Positions 38,471 to 51,300 of a stretch of 64,000 nt of DNA are shown here, in pieces. Below the pieces are notes generated by a model, which saw nothing but the letters and a program-made list of their open reading frames with translations, was not told the origin of the DNA and did not search any database. Source of the DNA: Octopus sinensis. Its lineage: Eukaryota. Numbering within the stretch: the stretch's first letter is position 1; each line of letters starts with the position of its first letter. The stretch spans positions 19,034,001 to 19,098,000 of the forward strand of contig NC_043015.1 of the NCBI RefSeq assembly GCF_006345805.1, written 5' to 3'. A program made the position numbers and the translations under genes.

Positions 38471-39993
38471 ATTATAAAAATCGAAGAAAACCTTAAATCA
38501 AAAATAGCTTATGAAGAAGGAAACGGCCTGAATACCCAAGGTAAATAATTAGCTATAAAATATGAATAAATTAATAAATTAAAAGATATATCTGTTTAAA
38601 AAAAAGTTTCACGCTAGATTACATATACATTTAGCAGTATATACACATACCATACAATCTGTAATATAGATATATACACTAAACATACAGACGCAGGTAC
38701 ATATACAGACATATATAGACAAGACAAATATATACAAATGCATATGTAGGCGCGCGCACAAAATCTCCTGGTGTATGCTTATACAGACGAAAGAAAGAAA
38801 AGGAAAACATCAGATAATAATGATAAGTAGGGAGGTGGGAGGAATAAAACAGTGGAAAAGGAGGATAAGAAATAAAAGAAAGAGAAACAGAAAATTAGAG
38901 AAGGAAAAATTGATAGGGATCGAGAGTGTGAATTGATAGCGTTCGAAAAGTATCTAACGAAAGTTACTTCGTTCAGCTTGCGAAACGAATACATATAACA
39001 ACACACACATAAAATTGCATGTATATCTACATAAATACAAACATCCATACAAATACACACACATAGAGATACGCATACAATTATGCAAAAGAATATGTAC
39101 GCAAATGCATGCGTACATATATAAAAGTATATACACATATACATACACACACATATATATGTACATAAATATCTACATATATATATATAAACTTACTTGG
39201 AAAAGGATGTGTGGCTTTCGATCATATAATAATAAAAATAATATATAAATATATGCATATATACAGACATATATGTACATACCTACATCTATATGTATAT
39301 ATACATGCATGTATGGGTACAGGACATCAAAAAATGTTGAACACAATGAGAAGAGAAAACATAAAAACAAAAACATGGAAATGAACTATTTTTTAAACAG
39401 CGAAAAAAACGAGTACAAAACATACAACACAAGAAATATTCCCCTTCTTCAGTTGTCCCTCTTTCGTCTACTCCGCGTTACGAAAGTAAGGACAAGACGC
39501 GACTTCGTTGAAATAATTCTTCCCGCAAAGCAAATTAAATGAAATTTGGGATTTTTTGCGGAGGGGTAAAAGTGGTAACAAGAACAGGACAGTTTCGTTG
39601 TAATTATAAGTAACTGAAAAATACCAATGATAGAACCATATTGCGCCACATCTTATCATGCATTTGTGTGGAAAGAAGATGTAACATACTCCGTGACTCA
39701 TGGAATGTTATATCAGTATATGCGAAGGTAAATAGGAATGCAAAATATAAAGAAATTCCATACTATATAAAAAATTAACAATATACCGCTTGAAACGGTC
39801 GTAGTGCACTAATACTTGATATCCTGTTACTTATTTTGATTTTATTCACCTTAATTCGAGCTGTGCAAATAATACCGGACTGACTTAGTACCTCAATTTA
39901 GGTACCTAATTCAACTGAATCTTGATTATTTATGTGTGTGTGTGTGTGTGCGTGTATGTATATATATAAATATATAACACACACACACACACG

Positions 39994-40399
39994 CGCGGTT
40001 TGCTCAATAAGTATCAGGACTGTTGCCATAGTAACAAGCTAAAGGACGCAGAGTGAAGCCACCCGGCGCAGATTAACTTTGAACTCTGTTGCGCATGCGT
40101 ACTCAGTGTTAACTTTCGCTGTTTATAGCAGTGCTTGGAAGGAAAGTGACAAAAATACACTCGAGTTTCAGTTGCTCAAGATCTCCTTGATTGTGTCTAG
40201 ATTGCGTAGGTCTCTGAGCAGGAATGGCCAAGTTTTTGGTAAGATTTGATGCAGATTCTCTGTCATGGTCAATGCAACGATTTCACGCTAAACATCTTCC
40301 TTCCACGCGCTGCTGTAAACAGTGGAAGTGAGCTAGAACGCTAAAACTTAGTGCACATGCACAGCAGAGTTCAAGGTCAGTTATTGATGATACCCTCGC

Positions 40400-40400
<1 letters not shown>
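39994..40400. mobile_element. Possible Tc1/mariner-type non-autonomous element
   Basis: Start cgcggtttgctcaataagtatcaggactg resembles a mariner TIR; no transposase read. Confidence 0.3.
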
Positions 40401-40435
<35 letters not shown>

Positions 40436-40482
40436 GTGCGCGCGTACGTGTGTGTGTGTATGTGTGTGTTTGTCTCCATCAC

Positions 40483-40678
40483 TGCTTGGCAACCGATGTT
40501 TGTGTGTTTACGTCCCTATAAATTAGCGGTTCGGTGATAGAGTCCGACAGAATAAGCATTAGGTTATAAATAATAAGTCCTGGGGTCGATTTGTTCGACT
40601 AAAACTTTTCAAGGTGGTGCTCCAGAATGGCCATACTCATGACTAAAACAAGTAAAACAAGTAAAAAAATAAAAGAAT
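40483..40678 (+). mobile_element. SINE tail fragment
   Basis: gtgtttacgtccc...agcggttcgg...cctggggtcgatttgttcgact...gtgctccag. Confidence 0.82.
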
Positions 40679-41675
40679 TGGTGCACTTGGTTTTGTGACG
40701 GACGGACGGGCGGATGAACGGACAGAGAGACAGACTGATAGATAAATAGATAGAGAGAGAGAGAGTGAGAGAGAGTCCTTTGTTAAAGCAGGTAGAAGCT
40801 GTAATTGCTCAATATTTTAGATAAAAATACAAAATCCAATTTCTATTAAAATGTCTTTTTTCAATCGATTACGCAAAACACAAACACAACATATATCTTA
40901 AAAGAAATAGTTTCTACCTTCCTTATCAATAAGAATATTAATTATTTGCTCAATATTTTTGCCAATAGATATGTTGGCATGCTTTGTCTCAATATTTTAT
41001 TTTACTATACTGTTTATTCTCATTTGACCCATTGCACTGGACATGTTTTATGTGACTTCATTCCTCTAGAGTTTGGAAAGAGATCTGTAGAATACAATGA
41101 AGGTAGAATGGTTGCCAAGGTATCAGCGACCTTGCTGTAGACTGGCTATTCTCTACAAAGATTGTTCTTGTAGACAGTTTCATTGATGGCAGCTATACAT
41201 CATGTGCATTTGATCTATAGTGCTCGATATCTTTGTGCAGATTACCTTTCCTGATTTTAGGACACCGGCGTTCCTAGTGAAAGTCGAAGTCAGAAATAGC
41301 CTTCAACAACGCTCTGCTAGCTGTTCATGTTTTATTTCTTAATCATTTGTTAACTGAAAAAGTAATGTCTTTTCGGTATGAAATGATTACTTTACAACGG
41401 ATTTTACTTCTTCATATCTACTTTCAGATATAAATGTCTGTGAGAATAGTTATCTATCGATTGTGATAGCATCGAGGAGCGACTGTCGTTTGAAGCCGTA
41501 GAGTATATATATATGTCACATTTCAAACTTGAGAAAAGTTTTGCACATTTTTACTGTTCCACTTACAGATTATATTTGTAACGTGCAATTAAGATGGTTG
41601 ATTTCTTTTTCTGAAAATCCAAGCTTATCCATACTGTCAGACATTTAATCACAAAACTAAATGTACCAATTATTA

Positions 41676-43664
41676 CACAGGGCAACAAAAAAAGATTTAT
41701 TGTTTGCTACCCAGAGAAATGGTGATATACTAAGCTAGATCGAGTACGCTGATTCCAAATCTGAACTCAGAATTGCTGTAGCACGTCAGGATTTCGAGAT
41801 ATGCGCATAATTATATATTAATACTATATTAGAATCAGAAATAGTTAAGTTCAAGGTAAATAATTATTATAATAGTATATTAATACTGTATATAGTAAAT
41901 TTATGTTCAAGGTAAACAGTATTATAATATAATAATACATAGTATATCTATGTTAAGGGAATACTCACTTTATTTTTGATATGCTTTGTTCAGAAACATT
42001 TGAGACATTTGTTCTTGCGCTTATGCATCGTGCTGGTCTCCCGTTGTAGGAACCAGCAGTAGTCACCCATCATGTGTGGATTGAACTAGCCTCGATACCT
42101 CATTTCCATTTCAGATATGTCTTGGTAGAGCCTCTCACCATGCTCATCACTAAGGGCACCAAGATTCATTGGAAAAAAAACGAGATGAGAATGCAAGAAG
42201 TGCATTTTAAGGGATATTCGGCATCCCATTCTTTCATACGTTGTTAGCATGTTGATTATTAAATCAGCATAGTTTTCAGCTCTATGATTTCGAAGGAAGT
42301 TCTGTACAACTAACACGAATGAATCCCATGCCGCCAGCTCAAATGGATTCAGTTTACCTCTGAATTTGCTATCAGATATCAATTCTCTGATCTCGGGGCC
42401 CAAAAAAAATGCTTGCTTTCAGTTTTGCGTCATCTCTGCACCAAATTTTACTTTTAGGTACTGGCAGCCACAACCATCGTGTGTCATTTCTTTTACGAAG
42501 TTTTTCATGAGGCTGAGTTTGATGTGAAGGGGTGGAAAGAAAATCTTTTACGGGTCTACCAGTGGCATATGCTGCACATTTTACCAACCAACTATGTGCT
42601 CATCTCTTTTAGACCAGTCTTTTACAGTGTAATGATTGCTATCGTCGCCGCTGTTCCAAACACATAAGAAACGCATATTTTTTGTCTATCCCAGCTGCAG
42701 TCCTAGGAGGAGGGAAATCACCTTTAAATCCCGCCAAATATTCCACTAGTGAACTAAGTAATTAACTCCTTTCAGAAAGAGTTCCATCGATTCTTAAGTT
42801 TCTTCCATATCGACAACATAACCCACAAGTTTTTCATTACCATTATGTGACAACACAGCTTTGAGGCTAACCTTATAAACAATCTCCATTTGTTAGCCAC
42901 ACACACGTGTCCTAGTTTTTACATGAGTGCATTAACGTCAGTACAGAAACAAGCATTATTTTCTTGCTTGAAAAAGACAGATAAGCCTTTATGGCGAGAA
43001 CGGAAAATGGAAACTTTCGTCCCTTACTGCATGAGATTCCGTTGTTGTAGTTTGGATCTCAAAACTTCTGCCCTCTCCTTTCATAATGCTAGGTCTCTTA
43101 CTAAATCGTTCAAATCTTCTTTATTAAACTAGCCTGGCTCATTTTTCTTAGAATCACCTACGTACTCTCCATCGATAGGAGAGTCAGGGGGCTCATCGTG
43201 CAACGTGTCAAGATTTTCAAGTGAAGCATGTGAGAGGGGAACTGGGACAGGGTTCTTGAATTCATATGGGACCTGTTTTAGAGCCGACTTGCAATCTGCA
43301 GGCACAATTTACTTTGGTCTTCTTTGAGAAACCACTATTATGTCATGCAAAAGTAACAATCAGAGACATGATTGGTTGGCTCACGCCATACCACTGATAC
43401 AGCAAAAAGCATTCTTTTCCGTTTTCCATTCAGCCATTGTGTAAGCCCTGAGTAACGCACGGTGCAGTATATATGAGGTGCCCACCTCTTGTCTTGGCCC
43501 CCAACTTTACACCCGAAATAATATTTATAGGCAATTTTTAACTTGGTGGCAATATTCCTCCGCTGGTCACGCGGAGCAAATTTACCACAGGCATAACAAG
43601 AGTTGTCGGGGTGATTCACACAGCCTCTCCTATTTATGATCTAACACAATGAACACAGTTAAAA
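41676..43664 (-). mobile_element. Chapaev3-type (CMC) DNA transposon, decayed transposase
   Basis: CYACGKF...YFGCKVGGQDKRWAPHIYC...VWREPTNHVSDCYFC; GPEIRELI...MGCRISLKMHFLHSHL..SDEHGERLYQDI; CAC-starting terminus cacagggcaacaaaaaaaga at 41676. Confidence 0.85.
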
Positions 43665-45071
43665 CAGTCTGGCTTTAGGGCAGAGAGGTCTACAATCGAC
43701 ATGATCTTCTCACTCAGGCAGCTTCAAGAAAAGAGTCGAGAACAGAGACAGCCCCTATACGTGGCCTTCATCGACCTGGCTAAGGCGTTCGACTCAGTCA
43801 GCAGGGAGGGGCTGTTTGCACCCCTGGGTAGGATAGGTTGCCCTCCCAGACTGCTGAAACTCATCACCTCCTTTCACGACGGTATGCAGGGAACAGTGCA
43901 GTTTGACGGATCACCCTCAGAGTCGTTCCCCATCCAGAGTGGAGTGAAACAGGGATGCGTTCTGGCGCCGACGCTCTTCGGAATTTTCTTCTCCCTTGTC
44001 CTGTCCTATGTCTTCAGAACGTCCGACGACGGAGTGTTCCTCCACACCAGGGCTGATGGTGGATTGTTCAATCTTGCGCGCCTCAGAGCTAAGACCAAAG
44101 TCCGTCAGGTGCTGATCAGAGAGATCCTCTTTGCTGACGATGCCGCCCTAACATCACACAACCAGCCGGGTCTCCAGAGGCTGGTCAGCTCCCTGGCGGA
44201 TGCCTGCCAAGAGTTCGGCCTTACCATCGGCCTGAAAAAGACAGAGATCATGGGCCAGGACGTCGGAGGGGTCCCCAGCATCAGTGTCGGCGACCATAGC
44301 TTGCAGGTGGTGAACGAGTTCACTTACCTGGGATCGACGGTCTCCAGCAGCCTGTCCCTCGAGCCGGAGCTGAACAGACGGATTGGGAAGGCTGCTGCTG
44401 CCATGGCTAAGCTCTCCAGGAGAGGGTGGGAAAACAACATGCTCACAATAACCACCAAGATCGCAGTGTACCGAGCCTGCGTGCTGAGCACCCTACTCTA
44501 CGGCAGCGAGAGCTGGACAACATACACCCGGCAAGAATGCCGCCTCAGCGGCTTCCACATGCGGTGTCTTCGACGGATCCTTGGCATCTCCTGGAAGGAC
44601 TGAGTACCAAACGGAGTCATCCTAGAACAGACTAATATGCCAAGCATGCATGCCCTCCTCGTGCGGAGACGACTGCGCTGGCTCGGACACGTCTGCCGCA
44701 TGCAGGACGGTTGCATGCCTAAAGACATCCTGTACAGCGAACTCACCACGGGATCCCGACCCAAGGGACGTCCACAGCTACGATACAGGGATGTGTGCAA
44801 GCGCGACCTGAGGACTGCCAACATCTGTGTGGACACGTGGGAGGTAACAGCTGCTGACCGCTCTGCCTGGCGTCGGACAGTGAGGAAAGGCGTTTCCATG
44901 GCTGAGGAAAGGAGAGCACAGCTGTGGTCGGACAGGCGGGACAGGAGGAGGACAACTGCAGCAACACCCCACACGTACCCATCGATGTTCGTGTGCAGCA
45001 ACTGTACAAGGGACTGCCACTCTAGAATTGGACTGTTCAGTCACAGCAGACGCTGCTCATCATCAAAGTAG
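43665..45071 (+). mobile_element. Young GC-rich RTE-clade LINE, 5'-truncated; RT frame broken only by TGA at 44601
   Basis: GFRAERSTIDMIF, FIDLAKAFD, GVKQGCVLAP, LFADDAAL, WLGHV, CSNCTRDCHSRIGLFSH; ORFs 43701-44603 and 44637-45071 share a frame. Confidence 0.95.
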
Positions 45072-45281
45072 GCCCCATGGTTTTGTGTTGAGTTTGATCT
45101 GAGAACATAATCTTTTGTGGTGAATGGCGATTTGACGTCTATATCTAGCATGTTGACTGTCCACTTTTCGTGTTCAGTCCTTAACTGGTATTTATAAATA
45201 TTTTAATCTTCGGATTCTTTTTTAATATGCTAGACCACTGGTCTTAATTGATAAATATCAATTTCTACCCTTAATTAATTT

Positions 45282-45317
<36 letters not shown>

Positions 45318-45805
45318 TGTTTCTTTATTAGCCACACAAGGCTGAACACAGAGGGGACAAATTCCAAAGTAGAGCTTTTCTTTTTGGGGAGAAAAAAAGA
45401 AAGAAGTGGGGTAGGCTTTCGATCAAAAGGGATCGTAAAAAAGAAAGAAAAAACGATCAACAAGGATCGTGTATCACAGAAATGTCCTGATGTAAAGTGT
45501 AAAGGGGGAAACAGATAAGGTTTATCCGTGGAAAGAAAAGCCTACTGAAAAGCCCACGGTAACCTCGGTCAATAATGTCACATGTTAACACATTTATTTG
45601 CAAGTAACTCTCTGCTTTAAATTTTTACGGGTTCATAGGATCATGCTCAATGTGGCTTCGTCGTTCATACGTGCCATCCTTGTTACATTCACCCATCTTT
45701 TTTTGAAACATTCGCAAGGCAAAACTTCCCTCTCTACTCTCACCTTCCTTTTCAAGTGATTCTTGAAGATGATGAGAGATTGACCAGAGAGGAAAGTGTT
45801 TGTCT

Positions 45806-45865
45806 CTAATCCTTTCAGACGCGTCCACCAGATACATTCTTGGTGGACGCGTCTGAAAGGATTAG
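45806..45865. repeat. Perfect 25-bp hairpin, 10-nt loop
   Basis: ctaatcctttcagacgcgtccacca / tggtggacgcgtctgaaaggattag. Confidence 0.93.
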
Positions 45866-45871
45866 TTACGA

Positions 45872-46052
<181 letters not shown>

Positions 46053-46409
46053 GGGAAAATTTAACTATTTCTCCGTACATTAGAACAAAATTAAGAACAG
46101 TAATAATCGGTTTTCGAACGTTATTAGATTCTTGTTAAAGGTGTCTGTATCACTTAATCGATCTCAGACAAACAAGTAGTCAATCTGTTTATACAAACAA
46201 CAAATTTAGTAACTTAGAGAACTAGAGCGACTAATTAACATATTACATGTATTTAAACACTTTATTTAATATCCGGGGCCTATCAACGGGAATCTCAATC
46301 CACATATATATGTAACCTATGCAGTAGATATATAAATAGAGAAAATTTAACCATTTCTTTGTACACCGAAAAAATGATGAAAAGCCTTTATATATACATA
46401 TGTGTGTGC

Positions 46410-46562
<153 letters not shown>

Positions 46563-46889
46563 CATATATATATTTAAGAAAAAATGGGAATTAAAAAATC
46601 CTGGCAGATACAAATTAAGCACTCAATATAAAAGAATATGGATAAATTTTCCAACAATCAGAGACCAGTAAATTGAAACAATTGTTGGATTTTTAAGGTG
46701 AGATCTAAAATAAAGATATGATTTCCTTTGTACACATCATTTGTTGTTATATATATATTCCATCCACCCAAATGTTTTGTATTACGAAACGGTATACTGG
46801 CAGTGTAATTCTGTATGTACGAAAGGCTGACTTTATATATATATATATAATCTTCTCTCACTTTCAACTTTTACTAAATGAATCGACAC

Positions 46890-47206
46890 CTGTACGTACT
46901 TTTGTTAAGTGTGGAAGTTATTCTATCGGTCTCTTTTGCCGAACCGGTAAGTGACGGGGACGTAAACACACCGACACTGGTCGTCAAGCAGTACTGGCAG
47001 ACAATCCGTGACACAAAATCATACATATACAGATATATAGAAAGATATATATACGACAGGCTTCTTTGAGATTCCCTCAACCAAATTCCCTCACAAGGCT
47101 TTGGTCGGCCCAAGGCTAAAGTAGAAGACATTTGCCCTAGGTATCACGCAGTGGAACTGAACCCGGAACCATGTTGTTGGGAAGTAAGCTTCTTATCACT
47201 CAGCCA
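46890..47206 (-). mobile_element. Composite SINE: tRNA head + internal AT-rich repeat + tail
   Basis: Head 47060-47206 and tail 46890-47000 are collinear on the minus strand. Confidence 0.82.
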
Positions 47207-47849
47207 TAGGTGGGATAGATTATCCATGCAGATTATCCATCAGTTAAGTTCTAGTTAAGGGCTAACCACAACGACCAGTATCTAACGCCTGTGACTACAC
47301 TTAGTTGTTAGTCACTCCGTGAATCCCTCTCTTCGTTGGACAGTAAAAATTGTCTGGAGTTTTTATTAATATTAATGATAATAAAGAGTACATCCTTAAA
47401 TTTCATTTTACTGTTATATACAACATATTATTATGACATATATGCATTTCCGCTGCTACGCACTGTTGCAAATGCACCCTTGTGATATTGTCGGTGCAGC
47501 TTCATCAGGCTCCATCCATTTGGTCATCCTCGTAGTGAACTGATTGAAGTAAACTTTTGTTAGTTTGTGATTTGTGGGAGGTGGGCGTGTTGTTATTTAT
47601 AGGTATGTGATGTTGACCTCAATTTCACTCCAGTAATACATATATAAATTACACAAAGTTGTTGAAAACCGTACGGAAGACGGTGATTCTACAAGTTATT
47701 ATAAAGAAATTTTTAGAATGAGTGAGATTGGTCTTGCATCTACGGAATTCGTGGAATGATATGTCAGAGTTAAATATGAAGATATTGAAAAGCTACGGTA
47801 TTTTCTGCAAAGAAATAAATAAAATAAAAAAACAGGAAAACTCTATCTC

Positions 47850-48100
47850 AATTCTTTTAGATGGTGATCGATAGTTTAATCAGATCCATACCAATCCCCC
47901 CTTTTAGCATCTTGGTCCACGGGACAAAATTATTGCGACAGTGAGAGATGCATTCTACTGCCGTGGACAACCAGAATCCAGTATATTAGGACCCATCTGA
48001 CAGTCATCATCCACAAGGTACCAACAACATTTCCCTATGATAGAAAAATTGACATTGAGACCTAAGATAACCATTGTCGCGGATCATCTGTGTAGCAGGT
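47850..48100 (+). mobile_element. Highly decayed Penelope RT remnant
   Basis: Y*DPSDSHHPQGTNNISL resembles the PLE YL..SS.HP motif. Confidence 0.35.
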
Positions 48101-48694
48101 TCTTTAGTGTAGGGCAACCTTATTAGTAAGTCAGAAGAATCTTCACTACACCATGATGTTTCCACAAGGACAGGAATAACAGTGAACAGAGAGAAGTTGC
48201 AAGCGCCGCGTCACCTGTTGAGAGGACTACTCTCCAGAGTCAATGGAATTCGCTGTAATGGACGAAAATAATAACGATAAAAAAGCGTTGGTCGATCAAA
48301 CTTATGAGAAACTTTTATTTATATTATCTGCTTTGTTCATATTGTCGTTATATCACACACACGAACGCGCGCGCGAACACAAATGCACAATAATAATGAT
48401 AATAATAATGGTTTCAAATTTTGCCTCAAGGGCAGCGATTACATCGACCACAGTGCTTCCATGGTACTTATTTCATCGACCCCAGTGCTTCTATGGTATT
48501 TATTTCATCGACCCAAAAAGTATAAAAGGTAAAGTCGAAAACAATAATTCATATTTTGGAACAATCACTGCCGAACAATATTTTAAACATATTATTCGGA
48601 AGCAATCAAGGGTTCTTCGTTCAATCTCCATCTATTTCGACCGTATTTCTCCTTTAGAGTTAAATTGTTTGTAGAAGTGTGTGTGTGTGTGCGT

Positions 48695-48745
<51 letters not shown>

Positions 48746-49078
48746 CGCGCGCGTGTATGTGTGTGTTTGAATAAATATTTTCTTGAAGAAAGTTAAGCAT
48801 ATATAAAAATCTTAGAAAAGCAAAATGACACGAACCATTTGGAAGTTTTTGCATTATGTGTAAATACCTTCTTTATTGAGTTTTTCAAACACACCATAAC
48901 GCGTGTTTGAGAAACTTTACAGCGAAAACGCTTACCCTCAATATAAAAACTTCCTTCAGAAAGTTACGCGTCATTCTGTTTTCCTAAGAATTTTAAATAG
49001 TTAATATTATTGCTTTAAGGAAATCTTTATTCAAATATTGTGACTGTATCAACTTATTTTTGCAAGAACTTTTGAACG

Positions 49079-49130
<52 letters not shown>

Positions 49131-49139
49131 CTCAATATC

Positions 49140-49255
49140 AACGGATTTCGCCAAAATTTGATGTCGATGTTACTTAGTTTCGTTAGAAATAAAAAAACTT
49201 GATCAGCTAAAAAATGCTAACTTAATCCCGGGCAAAGCCGGGCTATACTGCTAGT
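49140..49255 (-). mobile_element. Helentron/DINE-1-like (HINE) non-autonomous element end
   Basis: Minus strand ACTAGCAGTATAGCCCGGCTTTGCCCGGG, then aaattttggcgaaatccg and (GT)n. Confidence 0.6.
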
Positions 49256-49263
49256 ATACATAC

Positions 49264-49311
<48 letters not shown>

Positions 49312-49477
49312 ATATGTATGAAGTTTTCATACTTTGTTGTTGAAAGCTCGAAATAGGGAGTAATTAACAGTCAACAACTGAGGAGAGGTTAGACTTCTTT
49401 TGGTATTTTGTCGCGTACTTGTCTCTCATTATGTATTTACGTATTTTTCAATCGTTGGTAATGTCCCGTACTTGATG

Positions 49478-49557
<80 letters not shown>

Positions 49558-49957
49558 AAGTTAATCCAAACAAGAAAACACAACAACGCGAGGACGTGGA
49601 ACAAATATAGTATTATTGGACGTTCAGGAAAGAAGGAAAGAAGGAGGGTTTAACGTTTCGAACGGAGCTCTTCGTCGGAAACATAGGAGAAGGGAAGACA
49701 GAGGAAAAAAAATCGCCAACGGTACACACGAGGTCACATTATATACATACATACATACATACTAGCAAACGCAGCCATTCTTTGAGCGGTTTAAATTGTT
49801 TTGATGGTATTTTTTCACCAAATGATTGACCTGCAGATAAGGTATATGAGTAGCACGGCAATCTATGTTTCTGATTAACCTAGGAACGGAAAACCAAATT
49901 GAGGGCTGGTTATTGTGGAGATTGTTACACTTTAATGATCAGAGAACATATTTAAAA

Positions 49958-50279
49958 GACTCCGCCGGTTACGACGACGAGGGTCCCAGCTGATACGATC
50001 AACGGAACAGCTTGCTCGTGAAATTAACGTGCAAATGGCTGAGCATTCCACAGACACGTGTACCCTTAACGTAGTTCTCGGGGAAAATCAGCGTGACACA
50101 GAGAGTGACAAGGCTGACCCTTTGAAATACAAGTACAACTCATTTTTGCCAGCTGAGTGGACTGGAGCAACGTGAAATAAAGTGTCTTGCTCAAGGACAC
50201 AACGCGTCGCCGGGAACGAACTCACAACCTTACGATCATGAGCCGAATGCCCTAACCACTAAGCCACGCGCCCTCACTC
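49958..50279 (-). mobile_element. tRNA-derived SINE (family A), full length
   Basis: ggcgcgtggcttagtggttagg A-box, gagttcgttccc B-box; homologous to 988-1236. Confidence 0.9.
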
Positions 50280-50859
50280 GAGAACATATAAGTCTGTAAG
50301 CGATGCAAAGTAGAGCTACTGAACAGAAACAGCCACATAAACGGTGTAAGGAATTTGAAGGAAGACGTTGAAACTTCCTCTCTTCAGGTAACGAAAAATG
50401 AAGACATGAGGAGTTTAACTTAAGTTCACGAATACTGCTTTTAATCATTAGCAATTTGCAGTGAAAAGATGTCGCGTTGTAAGGCAGACAAATAATAAAT
50501 CAAAACAATGTGAAAACAACTAAAAAAACATACTCTGTAATACGACCATATAGATTTAAAATCTATACGACCATATAGATTTAAAAGTATAGAAAAGAGT
50601 CAAAATTGATGAATTGACAAAATCCTTTCACTTTTATAATATTCTCTAACCAAAACACTTAATCACAAAATACACGCCAATACACATATAAAAAATATAG
50701 AAAGTAATAATACATAATTGCAACATATTAATAAATGATAAATAAATAATGTGAAAACTACTAAAAAAAATTTTCTAATGCCAATATACGACCATATAGA
50801 TTTAAAAAGTATGGAAGACCCTACATTAAAAAAAAAACTATGTACATACAACGAACTAG

Positions 50860-51043
50860 AGTAAAACCCATGTAAACCAGTTTTTCCCGGATTTTAAGCG
50901 GGAGCTCTTGGGGAAATGTTATAGTGCATGACCATCCTTGTAATATAAGTAATGTGTGTGTAAATTTTGGTGAAAATCGGTTGAGAATTGTGGAAATGCA
51001 TGCGTTAGTCAATATACATACACATACTGTGATTTATATATAC

Positions 51044-51050
<7 letters not shown>
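50860..51050 (+). mobile_element. HINE/Helitron-like 3' segment
   Basis: aaattttggtgaaaatcggttgag...catacacatactgtgatttatatatact. Confidence 0.45.
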
Positions 51051-51107
<57 letters not shown>

Positions 51108-51209
51108 CACAGTATAACCTCACTTTAAGAGGATCCGCATTCCGAGAATCTGGGTTTACGAGTTTTATTCTTCAGCTCACTTTTGAATGGTGAACTGCAA
51201 TTTTTCCAG

Positions 51210-51300
51210 CGCAAGATTCAAATTTTGAACGAAGTGCAAAAGTTTCTACTGCCATATCAAATGTCTCTGCGTGTTGCCGAGAAATTTATACAAGATGAAA
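51210..51300 (+). mobile_element. Possible Tigger/pogo transposase C-terminal remnant
   Basis: DSNFERSAKVSTAISNVSACCREIY. Confidence 0.35.

Noticed and set aside
39790-39810. GAAACGGTCGTA half motif
   Set aside because: No upstream CUGANGA or helix I partner.
50540-50820. Three copies of atacgaccatatagattta as a CRISPR-like array
   Set aside because: Irregular spacing in eukaryotic repeat context; subterminal repeats of a transposon are more likely.
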